From: Octopus bimaculoides
Lineage: Eukaryota
Length of the DNA stretch: 64,000 bases
Direction of reading: 5' to 3'
Assembly: GCF_001194135.2 (NCBI RefSeq)
Contig: NC_068981.1
Location: 66,598,835 to 66,662,834 of the forward strand
A model generated the notes under the pieces. The model had not been told where the DNA came from. It saw only the letters and a list, made by a program, of their open reading frames with translations, and searched no databases. Position numbers and translations under genes: made by a program. Each line of letters opens with the position of its first letter. Within the stretch, counting starts at the first letter, position 1. This document shows positions 50,740 through 64,000 of this stretch, in pieces.

Positions 50740-52800
50740 TTATGCTTTATAGGAAGGTTGTTTATCAATGAGCGCATTGGTCTCCTTCTTTTGTTGTTTC
50801 TTTCCATGTAGCTCTTTAGGCACTTCATATAGCTGTTGTCTGTTTACATTACATGTCTGTAGCATATTACATCTGATTCCTCTTATACCCAGTTTCTCTC
50901 TCAGCTCATTTGTGTCTTGATGATCATGCACACTAACATTACACATCCAACGATGCATACTTGTTTCATTTCTCTCCAGCTTCACACATCTTCTGCTTTC
51001 AGAGTTCCCATCTCATTACCCTGTAGCATAACAGTTTCTACCACAAGCATTGTACAAACTTTCCTTTACTTGAAGAGAGAAACCACTTGTTGTCAGCAAA
51101 GCTAATATCTCGCTGAATCTTTTCCACCCTACTCTTATTTGGTTACTATGATTTCAGGAATCTTTCACCACTGCTGATTAGGTCATGTAGGTAATTGAAA
51201 CTGTCAACCACTTCTATAGAGCTTCCACTTATCACAAAGAATTTTACTCCTGCTCTGACTGCTAACTACTCTTCTGCATCTGCTACAAACAGTATCTTTT
51301 TTCACTGTTAGCCTGCCTTTGATTCCATTACACCTTTTGTAAACCTATATATGAATTTGAGCATGTCATATAGAATTTGTATTTACTACTTTTCTGCATA
51401 CTGACAGCAATCATTTCTTTGATGGAAGCTGATTCCAGTCTTTTTCCCTATTTATTTAAATGTTAGTTTACGCCAAGTTTTACTCTGAGGTCTTTTGATT
51501 TTTGGTTATTTTCCATGTCTAGAATTTCCTTCAAAATTCTCCACAGTCTATTATGGTGTGAAAAACTTTAATAGAAGGAGCTTGAGAACCAAACCTTGAT
51601 GGATACCTACTTGCTCACTAAATTCCTGATTGAACACATTGTCAAAACATACTTTGCATAATGTATCTCTGTGCATGACTTGTGCTGTTCTCACAAGCCA
51701 CATATCTACTCTTAGTTTTCTTAGTATCCACTAGATCAGTGGTTTCCAAGTGTGTGGTACTGCTCCCACCCCCACCCCCAGGGGCGAGGGTGGTGGAAAG
51801 ATCCAGAGAGGCATTGAAGAAAAGTGGGGTGATGATGGTATGGCCAAAAGGGGGTAGTGGTTTTAAAAACAACAAAATAGAGGATTAATTAGGTTGAGTT
51901 TTGCTTGTGAATTACAATTGTTTTGAATTTGAAGCAGAAAGTAGTCTATGTTTGTGGTGGTGAGTGTGATGGGGGTGGGTGGGTGGCACTAGGAATGTGG
52001 CCAAGGAGGCAGCATCCTGAAAAAGTTTGGGAACCACTGCACTAGACTATAGGCTGTGGTACTCTGTCAAAGGCCTGATTCAGATCAACAGGTAGTCTTA
52101 CTCTTAGCTAAAAACTTCTCTAGCTGTTGTTTCAGTAGTATCCTAACCAAGCATAAATCATCTACATCTCATCTAAGTGGATTCTCTACCTATCAATTTT
52201 GCTGAGACTTTTTGTCATTTTTATAACATGGTTTATCAGCCTGGTACCTCTGTAGTGGCTTCTTTGTAGAACACTTCCTTTGCCTTTGTAGCACTTGATC
52301 ATACTGCAATGCTAGTCATTCATTGGGCATGACACCTCTCTCTCTCTTACTTGGCTGACTGTGTGAGTGACTTTCTTGGGCCCTCTTTTACCAAATATTT
52401 TCAATATCTCCGTGACTACCCTTGATGGACTAGCTGTTTTGCCCATTTTCATATCCATTATGGCTGTTTTGACCATATAACAGTCTACCTCAGTAACTGG
52501 TTCCTCTGCTGGGCATATCTCAGGTCATCCCTCTTCCTTCCACACATTTTCCATATTCAGCAATCTCTTGTGGTAACATCTCCAAACCTTTTTCTTCTTA
52601 GTCTCAGTGAGGGTAAGTTGCACCACAGTCAGTTTGAACATGATTCTCTACATGTTGATTCACACTGATAGTCTATGGATGTAATTCAAAAGATCAGCCT
52701 TGATACATACCATGTTATATGGATCCTTCTGATTCTGCCTGAAAGAGACAAATATCTGCAGAATACTCATTGTCTTAATATAGTGCATAGGCAATACCAT
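50740..52800 (-). pseudogene. Decayed RTE-type LINE (RT and C-terminus) split by a hAT MITE
   Basis: WRCYHKRLLN, KCYKGKG, VDLNQAFDRVP, WILRKLRVDMWLVR..VGIHQG, EVVDSFNYL, KLERNETSMHRWMCNVSV..LREKLGIRGIRC. Confidence 0.85.
51737..52039. mobile_element. hAT (Charlie-like) MITE
   Basis: TIRs CAGTGGTTTCCAA / TTGGGAACCACTG; TSD cactagat (51729-51736) / cactagac (52040-52047). Confidence 0.85.
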
Positions 52801-53169
52801 TGATAAAATACCTGGAATACTTATCAAAACTGATACACGAATCCATTTACTTCAGGTGCAGGCATGATTGTGTGGTAAGAAGCCTGCCTCCCAACCACAT
52901 GGTTCTGGGTTCAGTCCCACTGCATATATATATATATGTATGTATATATGAGTGTGTGTGTCATTGTTTGTCCCCTACCACCGCTTGATGACTGATGTTG
53001 GTGTGTTTACATCCCTGTAACTTAGCAGTTTTCCCCCCTCCCCAAAAAAATGTTGGAATAAATACTAAGCTTAACAAAAAATAAATACTGAAGTTGATTC
53101 ATTCGACTAAAGATTCTTCTAGGCAGTGCCCTAGCATGGCCACTGTCTAATGACAGAAACAAGTAAAAG

Positions 53170-53550
53170 ATGAGCACTCAGAGAGCACAAACCTCTGCCA
53201 AGGCAACACCAGTGTCCTCTCAACGATTAGCCAGAGATGATTTTTAAAATGAGAATATCTGAAATAAACTCGTCTGCTCTCACAAACAAGAATACTAAAA
53301 ATGAACTTAACTGCTCTCAAAAATTAAGTAAAAAAAAAAAAAACAAGAAAAATAATCCAGAATCCTTGTCCGGTACTGGATCAATCCCAAAATCTAATCA
53401 GTTCATGCCAGTCACAAGGCCAAACATCCTTGAAAGCTTCATCCGAATCCATCCAGCAGTTCTTGAGATATCCTGTCCACGGACAAACAAACAAACAAAC
53501 AAACACGACTGAAAACAATACCTCCACCTTCGCTAAGGTGGAGGTAATAA
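53170..53550. mobile_element. Non-autonomous Helentron/DINE-1-like element
   Basis: Terminal perfect hairpin tacctccacctt-cgct-aaggtggaggta (53519-53546), (ACAA)n microsatellite, subterminal acctctgcc at ~53191 related to the hairpin arm; no TSD seen. Confidence 0.65.
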
Positions 53551-54071
53551 AGATAAAAGATGTCGCTATATATTCTACTTTCGCAATGCTTTTCTATGTG
53601 AGTGCTGATGCAGTTTACAGTCTGGATGTGTTGGATCGACAGTTAAAAAAAAAATGTGTGCAACAATGAGAAAATAATTTTAGTTAGGATTTTCTGATGG
53701 TGTCTCCACTGAAGGCCTTTGAAGGAAACCGCAAAATTCTCTTATGGCACACAAACACATTACATTTTGTGATCTTTGATCCGACTTTTGCTGATGCATA
53801 CCACTTTTTGTTCATTTGAATATGTTCTTTTTTATCTACCCAAGCTATAATTTACTAAGCACAAGATTTCTGTCTGTCTGAAGTAAAATTCTTACTTGCA
53901 TGTAAATATACTAGCTATTATCTCAAACTTTCTCTTGATATGACATAAGCTATTGAAGCCACAGACACATACACAGTGGAAAGAATGTCAATCTGCTTAT
54001 TACTGATCATTGCTATGTGTGTGTTCAGTGACTTTCTCTTCCTCTCTCTCTCTCTTTCACACATGCACATT

Positions 54072-54105
<34 letters not shown>

Positions 54106-54404
54106 AAGAGAGAGTAAGTAAAGCAGTGACTAATGCTTGCTTTGTTGTTTACTGCGATTACTCCATAAATTTTATAATCCATTCTAAAGAAAAGTTGGTC
54201 ACAGATTAAAAAAAATTCTTTAATATTTTCCTTTAATAAGCTAGCAATTCTCTACTACATTAAAGAATTGAACTTAATGCACCGACTAATCAAGCTAGTT
54301 TTGGAATACAGAAGAGATCATACAGGTGGTGATGTCTGAAATTCTCCCATATCTCAATGGCAATGTGGTTGGGTATCCCAACGCTCTAATTAGGGTGGTA
54401 ATTG

Positions 54405-54690
54405 TTGAGCTTGGCACCCCAGTTCAAAGTTCAGTCACCAAAGGAGTGCACTGTAACTTAACATTGGTAGCTGCTTATCACATTAGTAATTACACATATG
54501 CATGCATACATACTCTGATATTCCAAACATTTTGCTGTGTATGATGAGGTGGGAGTCCCATAGGGTGGGTGGCACTTCAGTTCAAAGTTCTATAGCACAA
54601 GGAATACATAACAATAGCTGCACATCACATCAGTAACTCCACGCATGCATACATACACAATCTGATGTTCCAGATATTTTGTTGTTGATG
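54405..54690 (+). repeat. Two degenerate ~160-bp tandem units
   Basis: ggcacYYcagttcaaagttc...tagctgc..atcacatYagtaa...gcatgcatacatac..tctgatRttcca occurs twice. Confidence 0.65.
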
Positions 54691-56492
54691 CATTAAAAAC
54701 TTTTTGCTAATCAGTTAAGATTTAATAATGTTTACAACCAGAGCTATGTTCACTAGATACCCTGCTTCCCATTATCTCATATAATCTGAAGAAACATTTC
54801 ACCCAATATCAATAAAAAGTTAATGAATGAAAACAAGAAAATTTATTTCCATTCTCTGTTTCTCTCTACGTGGTTATTATTTGAATGTATTTTGCACTAA
54901 TAACTATTATAGATAGACACCAGTGTCTAAAAGAAAATGTTTTGCTATGTAACTATGTGAGTGAATGTCTATAACTTGTAATTCACTCAACAGTAAATAG
55001 TACTATGCAGTGTAATTAATATCTGAATAATTTGCAAAGAAAGCAACATTTTCATTTTTTCTTTGAAAAACAAAATACTCTCTAGTTTGCTAGGACTTCC
55101 TGAGATTCAGCAATTTCTAAGATACCAAAGTAATCAATGAATCAAATGGAATAAAAACAGTTGCATAACACAAAAAGCATTTTGGTGGCTAGAAATGTTG
55201 CATAGGGAGAATGACGGTATTGATGCTATAAGATGTTATTAAGTATAATTCTGCTGTGTCACTGATGCATTGGTTTGGTACTGTTGGATAATTAGGCATA
55301 TACTAATTATTGTTGCTGTATAGTCATGGATTAGCTCTGAGCACACTTATTATAAAAGGCATTCTAGCATGACCATCACGTCATTTTTGTGAGTATTATC
55401 AGTTGGTTCTTTTTAAAAATGGTAGTGTAATTTTAAAGAGATTTGGCTGCTATTCCTTGCAAGTTAAGTAGTCATGTAGTGTTATAGATAGAGCAATTAC
55501 TGCTCTCATATCAAAGTGGTCTCTTCAATTTTCTCAGCTCTTGATTGATGTGTTTTTTGCTGATCAATGATGGGTTTCTATGTGTGTGTGTGCATGTATG
55601 TGTGTAAGTAATTGTTAGCTCATGACTATAAGGTGGCTATTGATATTGTTGGCTCTTTTGGGAATATGTTGGTGTTTCTTTTATGCATTTGTTTTCATAT
55701 AGAATGGAGTTGATTGTAGCTAATAGTAGTAACAAAGTCTTGTTCTGTTGTGTAACTAGATTGCCTTCCACCCCACATACACATGTATGTGTGTGTGCAC
55801 AATCGCGCATGTGTGTGTAAAGGGTCTATGCTGATGTGAATTGTTCTGTTTGTGATGGTTTATTTTTTTACTCTTATTGTTTTACTACTTTTAGTCATTA
55901 GACTATATAGCTTTACTGGCTGACTCTCTTCAGTCACATCCACTCAGCAGCTATTTTATCAGTCTCAAATACTGATTCTGATATTCAACTGCTAATACTG
56001 ATTTGTCTCGTCTATTATCGTTTGATAGAGAAGAGGTGCAACAGGCAGGTAGGCGTAGATTTTACTAGGACCAATATTGTATATGATAGTTGTTGTATGG
56101 TATGGCTTTATTGCAGTCATGGGCAAACTACCAATGATGGCACACCTAATGAAAAATTACCTTGAATTTTTTTTAGTTGTGCAGCCTTCCCATTCTTGCT
56201 TTCCTGTTTGGAAACTTTAGAGTCATCTCAGCAAATTAAAGTGACACTTTTTAATTTTACAATGTGACCTGAGACTCCCACAGAAGTAAACTGCTGTCTT
56301 TTTCTTTCTTTTTCTCAGTGATATTTTATTTAACCTGAAAGGAAGTGTTTATATACCTCAGTGTATGGAGTTTCTTCCCCACTAGTTCTGATGTCATTTG
56401 GCTTGGTCAGCACTGATTGTATAGACCGATGATGAAGTATTTCTGCCATGACTATCTAGCTTTTGTTCAGTCATAATGTAACCAAGAGTATA

Positions 56493-56720
56493 TTAACCCT
56501 TTTGATACCAACCTGCCTGAGATTACCCCAGGATCTATGGCATAAATTTACTCTTTTAAAGTGGTCTAAATTATAATCTTCCATTAAAATTTTATGCGAA
56601 TTTGTTCCAAACCCCAGCTTAATAATGAAAAAGTTATTTTATGAAATACTTCATTGTTTTAAAAATCAATTGAAACAAAATCACCATTTATTGATAGAAA
56701 TATGGTAACAAAAGATTTAA
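56493..56720. mobile_element. piggyBac-type MITE (second family)
   Basis: TTAAcccttttgatacca ... tggtaacaaaagatTTAA. Confidence 0.65.
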
Positions 56721-57547
56721 TGAAAATGCTTTTTTTTTTAAGATAGAAGGGTGTGATTTGAGGGAATTTAGGCTACTACTTTTAGTAAGTCACTCAACTT
56801 GCTAAGAGTAGTAGCCAAAATTCTTTATTAAGTTTGTGTGTGTAGTCCCAGTTCTGGCTTAGTCTGAGACACTGATGACCAAAGGCATTCCAGTAATGCT
56901 TTTATTTGAACACAAGGCATCTAAGACTACATTATCCAGTGTTGTTTTATTTTCTTTTTTTAAGGAAGGTAAGGTACAATTTGGGGTAGAGTCGGATGCT
57001 ATTTCTAGAAGGTTGGAGTGACTGCTTAGAACAAAACTCTATTATTGGCTCGTCACAAGACTTGTTGTTTAAAAATTGGTGAATAAAAACCAGATGCAAT
57101 TTTTTTTTTACAATCAATAATAGACATTGAAAAAAAAAAAAAAATGAATGAGACCAACCTCCACCACCAGAACCACCAGCACCACCACCACTGCTGCCAC
57201 TACTTCTGCCACATGAGTTGAATGATAACCTCATATACAGCTATGTAACTTGAGATTTAAAAATCATGGCTAAATAAATGACAATTTTCTTTTTATAAAG
57301 AGTTCATAAAATATGACATTCATCTTGGTGTTTGTATGCATTGTTGTTGTTATTGTCAGTGTTATATAATTTTGTTTGCAACAACAACAATGAAAATAGC
57401 TATTTTTATTTTTTTATATTTTTTAAAAATAATGATTGTAACAATGATTTACACGTTTTTACATAAATCCCCACCGTCTTTTGTTTTTGTGTTGTCTTAA
57501 ATGTTTTGTGGCCCTTGTGGCCAATAAAGAGAGAATTATTATTATTA

Positions 57548-57775
57548 GATTAATGCAAAGTGGCAAGCTGGCAGAATTGTTAACACACCAGACTAAATGC
57601 TTAGCAGCATTTCGTTCAATTTTGCATTCTGAGTTCAAATTCTATCGAGGTTGTCTTTGCCTTCATCCTTTCAGAGTCGATGAAGTAAGTATCGGTTAAG
57701 CACTGGGATCGATTTAATCAACTAGACCCCACCACCCCAGATTTCAGGCCTTGTGCCTATAGTAGAAAGGACTAT
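57548..57775 (+). mobile_element. Meta-like SINE next to an (ATT)n tract
   Basis: Same head, box and tail as the units at 24249-25403. Confidence 0.8.
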
Positions 57776-58163
57776 TAATTTAGTGTGTTTGTGCACTGTG
57801 GTCTGTCTTCCCAATCTTCTACATATGTTATTCTGTCACTCTCTTACTTCTTTCAATCATTGGACTGCAGTCATGCTGGAGCACTGGCTCGAAGAGTTAA
57901 ATCAATCAAATCCTCTGCAGTACTTATTTCACATTTGATACTTTTTCTATCAAGCTTCTTTTGCTGAACTACTAAGTTACAGGGATGTACACAAACTAAT
58001 ACCACTTGACGTGAGAAAAAGACAAAGAAGTACACATACACACACTGATACATGTACATATTATAGATATTTACTCCCATTTCTATGTCTGTTAGTCTGT
58101 CAGTTTCTCTCATTCACTCTCTCTCCCCCTCCCCTTTATCTATTTATCTATCTAAGTGCACGT

Positions 58164-58209
<46 letters not shown>

Positions 58210-59265
58210 GCACGCACGTACGTACGCATGCACACACACACACACACACACCTTTCTGATTTTCCAGAGTCATTCCACTTGATATCTCTCTTTCATTCTT
58301 AATACTGTCCCTCTCCACCCACATTTTACATTGATTGCTCTTCTTTGCCACCAAATTATCACGATGCACTTCCCCTATGCTCTGTGTTTGCCTCTCCCCT
58401 CATACTCTTGCAACCAAACATCATCTCTCATGCTTCCCCTGTCTACTGCATCATTTTTACTGTTTTGCTGCCTTTTACTCTTTCTATACTGTTAGTCATT
58501 TCCCACTTTCCCCTCACCTTCCTTTAACTTGTATGTATTATTGATCATCTTTACTCCGTATTGACCATTCACTACATCCACCCTTCAACCCTACCCAATC
58601 TCTACAGTCATCACTTACCCTTCCTTGTCTTCCCTCCACTGTATACTTATCCCTCAACATTTGTTCTTTATTCACTGTATTCATCTATTCCTCACCTCTA
58701 GCCACGTCTCACTCTCCTCTCCTCATACACTCTTGCAACCTCTATCTGCACGCATTCCTTGTTCTTTTGTTCCCACTCATGTCTTCTCGTCTTCTACCTC
58801 ACTGAAACCTCATCATCACTATCTCTGTTTCCAGCTCCACCCTGGTTACTCCCACTCTCCCTTGTTCAGTGTGAGGAGCTGTGTAGTTCCTTTACAGCAA
58901 GAAACCTGTTCTGTTCTGGCTCCTTCTCATCACCTAGCATAAAGCTGCTTTCATCTCTACTGTAATCCTACCCAGTTGAAGGTGATCTTACTACATGGTG
59001 ACTTCACTAGTGCTGGTGCCACAAAAAAAAAAAGCACCCTATATATTCTGTAAAGTGATTCATATTAGGATGGGTATCCAACCATAGAAACCATGCCAAT
59101 GCAGACATTGGTGCATTTGAAGTCCTTGGACCTGTCACATCCCTTTAAACTATCCAGCCTATGCCAGAATGGAGTAAGGATGTTGAAAGAGACGGTGACG
59201 GTGATTATATATGTACGTGTATGTATGGGCACACAGATCCTTTTTTCTTGTGTCAATACACACAT

Positions 59266-59670
59266 ACATGGCTATGTGGTAAGGAGTTTGCTTTCTAATC
59301 ATATAGCTCTGGGTTCAGTCCTACTGCATGGTGTCATGAGCAAGTGTCTTCTACTATAGCACCAGGCTGACCAAAGCCCTGTGACTGAATTTGGTAGATG
59401 GAAACTGAAACGAGCCCATTGTATATATATCTCTGTCTGTCTGCATATCTGTCTACTTGTCTTGACATCATGTGATAGTTGTAAATGAGTATCACTGCCA
59501 TGTAGGTAGTGTCCTTTATTTCCAATATTCTTGGGAACCTGTCTGGCCAAAGGGAAATAATGCCTTGCTTGGAAACAGGAGTGGGGCATCCAACCATAGA
59601 AAATCTGCCTCAAATAAACTCTGACTCATGCAAGCATGGAACAGTGGACATTAAAACGATGATGCTGATG
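59266..59670 (+). mobile_element. CORE-like tRNA SINE, type A2 tail
   Basis: Same head as A1 copies; different tail cttgacatcatgtgatagttg...ggcatccaaccatagaaa...gcaagcatggaa...gacattaaaacgatgatg. Confidence 0.8.
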
Positions 59671-59713
59671 CATCTATATGCAGATTTGTGTATACATATA
59701 TCAATCATTTCTT

Positions 59714-59764
<51 letters not shown>

Positions 59765-60932
59765 ACTCATTTACGTAGATTTTTTTTACACATAGGCACG
59801 TAAAAGCACCCACTACACTCTCGGAGTGGTTGGCGTTAGGAATTTCCAGCTGTAGAAATTCTGCCAAATCAGATTGGAGCCTGGTGTAGCCATCTGGTTC
59901 ACCACAACCCATGCTAGCATGGAAAGCAGACGTTAAATGATGATGATGATAGATGTACTTTCATAAATTTGTGTGTGTACAGAGTACTTCCTGTATGATA
60001 AATATCTAGTTAAGTGCAGGTTACCATATATTAGATGAACCATAAATAGTTTTTAATTAAGTGAAATTATATCCTAAAAGAGAAGAAAAGTCATAAGGGT
60101 TATTGAATGTTATCCTCAGTGGGGGCAAGGGAAAGAACTACTTAAGCTTTAGTCATCCCAAAATGAAAAGGAGACATGCAAGTGAGTTGGGAGAATAGAT
60201 CTGATTTTAGGCAAACATAGTGACAACTGTAGACATGTTTCAATCTAACTGGACCTTGTCAGCAAACAAACTTCATTCACTGGTTGCCAAGTTTTAAGGC
60301 TGACTGAAATTCTGGTTGCTTTCTATTTCACTTTTCAGATAATAAATTCCCATGTCAGTGCCTTTTTCTATTGTTTTTTTAAATTTTTATGCTTCTTCTC
60401 ATTTTAATGTAGTTAGTTCTTTTCTACACAAATTACATTATGTATTCTACCTTAGAAACCTTGTTTCTATTTTGAACTCTTTGTTGCCTGCCAACAAGAG
60501 CTATAGCAAAATTAGCCTCATGTTTCACTATGATATTCTTAATTCTGGACTACCCCACTCACCAGAACCCTAAATATTTCTCTTTCTTTTCATTCTCATC
60601 GATTTTGAGGTATGTTGGTGAAAATTAGAAAATTATTCAATTTTCTATATATTTTCCTATTGAAACCAATTTAAAAACAAAAAAAAAATAGCTTTAATCA
60701 TTTGTGTTTATTTTTCCTTTAACACATTGTTGTCTTGATAACATCATCTCTTAACTTCATCAAATATTTGTTTGTTATAGCAATAGTCTAACACACCATT
60801 TCACCATTTTTTTTAGTCATTCCTTTTCTTTCCTTGCTTCTATTTTGTTACACATTATTTTTTTTGTTACTGTGATATTTATAAAAGTGCAACAGACAAA
60901 TAACAAAAGCATTTGTCTTATTTATATCTGCA

Positions 60933-60987
<55 letters not shown>

Positions 60988-61494
60988 ATCTACTCTCTAG
61001 TACCACTGCAAACATGAAAAAACGAGTGTAAACTGATGACATTGGTGATGATGATACTATATCTTTATATNNNNNNNNNNNNNNNNNNNNNNNNNNNNNN
61101 NNNNNNNNNNNNNNNNNNNNNNNNNNNNNNNNNNNNNNNNNNNNNNNNNNNNNNNNNNNNNNNNNNNNNNNNNNNNNNNNNNNNNNNNNNNNNNNNNNNN
61201 NNNNNNNNNNNNNNNNNNNNNNNNNNNNNNNNNNNNNNNNNNNNNNNNNNNNNNNNNNNNNNNNNNNNNNNNNNNNNNNNNNNNNNNNNNNNNNNNNNNN
61301 NNNNNNNNNNNNNNNNNNNNNNNNNNNNNNNNNNNNNNNNNNNNNNNNNNNNNNNNNNNNNNNNNNNNNNNNNNNNNNNNNNNNNNNNNNNNNNNNNNNN
61401 NNNNNNNNNNNNNNNNNNNNNNNNNNNNNNNNNNNNNNNNNNNNNNNNNNNNNNNNNNNNNNNNNNNNNNNNNNNNNNNNNNNNNNNNNNNNNC

Positions 61495-61785
61495 CGGTAG
61501 AACTGAACCTGGAACCATGTGGTTGAGAAGCAAGCTTCTTATTTCTTTATTGCCCACAAAGGGCTAAACATAGAGGGGACAAACAATGACAGACGAAGGG
61601 ATTAAGTCGATTACATCGACCCCAGTGCGTAACTGGTACTTAATTTATCAACCCCCGAAAGGATGAAAGGCAAAGTCGACCTCAGCGGAATTTGAACTCA
61701 GAACGTAACGGTAGAAGAAATACTGCTAAGCATTTCGCCCGGCGTGCTAACGTTTCTGCCAGCTCTTACCACACAACCACACCTG
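61495..61785 (-). mobile_element. CORE-SINE head interrupted by a Meta-like SINE (~61541-61764)
   Basis: Removing the insert rejoins caagcttc|ttaccacac, the intact head sequence. Confidence 0.85.
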
Positions 61786-62119
61786 TGCCAATATATGTGT
61801 GTATATAATTTACATACATATTCACACACCCATCCACCCACACACACAAAACATATGTCAAAATTTAGCAAGCTAATTGATATCTCAGGAAATTATAATA
61901 CAACTAAGATAAATTAAATAAAAAAAAAAAAGTAGAGAACACATACAACAGAAACAGTCATAACTATCATTGAAATAGTTCCTTTGCATTGAAAACTCAT
62001 AGTTCACCACTTTTCAATTCCCATTGTGACACAAAAACATTATATTATTACGTAAAAAATGAGGGACAGACAGAAGAATAGAGAAATAGACATTGTTTTT
62101 TCTTATACAGAAAAGATAC

Positions 62120-62164
<45 letters not shown>

Positions 62165-62586
62165 NNNNNNNNNNNNNNNNNNNNNNNNNNNNNNNNNNNN
62201 NNNNNNNNNNNNNNNNNNNNNNNNNNNNNNNNNNNNNNNNNNNNNNNNNNNNNNNNNNNNNNNNNNNNNNNNNNNNNNNNNNNNNNNNNNNNNNNNNNNN
62301 NNNNNNNNNNNNNNNNNNNNNNNNNNNNNNNNNNNNNNNNNNNNNNNACACATTCATGTGTCTATGTATTTGTGCACACATACACACACACACACACACG
62401 TTCAAACACATGTATGCACATAGGCATATTTTTACAACACCTAGACATTTATGCCTATAAGCGAATTAATAAGGTAAAAATACATTTTTTTTTACGTGTT
62501 CCTGTCTACTGAGAACTATTTTGGCATTTGTCCAACCATCACACTGTTACCACCAGCAACACCACTTGCATTATCACCACCAGCAT

Positions 62587-62597
62587 TAACAGAGACA

Positions 62598-62642
<45 letters not shown>

Positions 62643-62643
62643 C

Positions 62644-62688
<45 letters not shown>
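62587..62688 (+). repeat. Compound microsatellite (TAC)n-(CAC)n-(TAC)n
   Basis: Read directly; explains the poly-Y/H and poly-L/P ORFs. Confidence 0.95.
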
Positions 62689-63221
62689 GGTAGCAGTGTT
62701 TAGTTTCTTCTTCTGTAGTATAACTTGTCATTTCAGTCTCTTAGTTTTCAACAATCACAGCATTAGGCCTTTGACACTTGTCTCTATCAATCACCCCCTC
62801 CTCTTCCTCCTATTCCTTCATCTTGTCAGCAAAGCAAAATAAATTCCCCCGCCCCTCTTCTCCTTTCCCTTCCACCTATGCTCTCTCTCTGTCTGTACCT
62901 CTCTTCTCAACCACTTTCCCTGTTTCACATCTCACCTTGTAAAACTATAAGCAACAAGACCATCACCAACAATGACAACAAAAACAAAATGTTACCATTC
63001 CTTGACTACTGAAAAGGAAAGAAAAAATTTTTTTTTTACTCATTTTTAAAAGAAGCCCTCCACGCTAGTGGATAGATCTTGACAAAATTCTGTAGTTTAT
63101 CTTTTCTGACATTCTATTTGTCTATGTTTCTATGCATATACGTGTGTGTGTATATATATATATATATATGCTTATGTGTGTATTTGTATGAATGAGTGTG
63201 TGTGTGGTGTTTGTATGTTTG

Positions 63222-63283
<62 letters not shown>

Positions 63284-63293
63284 NNNNNNNNNN

Positions 63294-63337
<44 letters not shown>

Positions 63338-63551
63338 CATATACACACACATACTAAAATTCAATTTATATCATTTGGCTGATCACTGGTTCACTGCATT
63401 TCTGATATTAAAAATGATAAGGGAGTCTTTGTACAACTTGGGTGGAATAAATACCACAGGGTAGTTTTGTTCAAAAAGCTCTAGTTTATCAGTTTTCTCA
63501 CCTAAGTGTACAACATTTGCTGATATATATCAGTTATAGAACCCCCCCCCC

Positions 63552-63589
<38 letters not shown>

Positions 63590-63814
63590 TTAGATAAATG
63601 CATATGAATCTAGGCAGTGCAATTTCAGTTCATTGAAGTAAGATATTTAATCACTGAGAATGCATAATGTCTCCACAGGTAGATTATCAGATGGGGAGAA
63701 TGGGCATCAGAAACACCACAGAAAGAAAATATGGTATATTTACCTCCCCACCCCAACATTATTGTTGTTGTTGTAATTAATAATAATAATATAATTTTAT
63801 AGTCTCATAACAGC

Positions 63815-63968
63815 CAATTAATGTTACCAAATGGTTTCATGCTAAAACTTCCAGAAACGGAGAGGTAAAATTAGCAATTATGAGATACAACTAAGTCTAT
63901 TGATTGCAAACTTCATCTCTCCTTTTCTGGAACGATTTTGGCATGAAACCACATGGTAACATTAATTG
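63815..63968. mobile_element. Small foldback/MITE-like inverted repeat
   Basis: caattaatgttacca..tggtttcatgctaaaa..ttccagaaa.ggagag vs its reverse complement, about 80% over ~65 bp. Confidence 0.65.
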
Positions 63969-64000
63969 AATTGACTGTCATGCAGCTATGATATATATAT

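Noticed and set aside
55910-56165. ~85-codon stop-free frame
   Set aside because: No start or acceptor context and no recognisable domain.

Overview
AT-rich eukaryotic scaffold with many N gaps, saturated with microsatellites and interspersed repeats. The repeat content (tRNA-headed CORE-like SINEs, (TG)n/(TA)n/(TAT)n tracts) suggests a coleoid cephalopod such as Octopus; this is inference. I can support no intact host gene, rRNA, tRNA gene or CRISPR array, and nearly all listed ORFs are microsatellite, gap or SINE artefacts. The supportable coding relics are all retroelements: two RTE-type LINE families (7.7 kb, 8.1-9.6 kb, 50.7-52.8 kb), three R4/Dong-like restriction-like-endonuclease LINE relics (18.0-18.6, 23.4-23.9, 43.2-44.9 kb) and a 5'-truncated Penelope-like element (PLE; GIY-YIG, inverted terminal repeat, 13-bp TSD) at 47.1-48.0 kb. 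Non-autonomous DNA elements include hAT MITEs with 8-bp TSDs, TTAA piggyBac-type MITEs, a Helentron-like element and long-TIR foldback elements. The strongest leads are small ribozymes. A minimal type I hammerhead with a swapped G3:C8 core pair lies in a ~220-bp non-coding element at 22.9-23.1 kb. The PLE terminal repeat carries a hammerhead directly behind a tRNA-like A/B-box promoter. Retroposons are also stacked in (TAT)n tracts next to the R4/Dong relics. Coordinates and identities were read by eye and need alignment to confirm.
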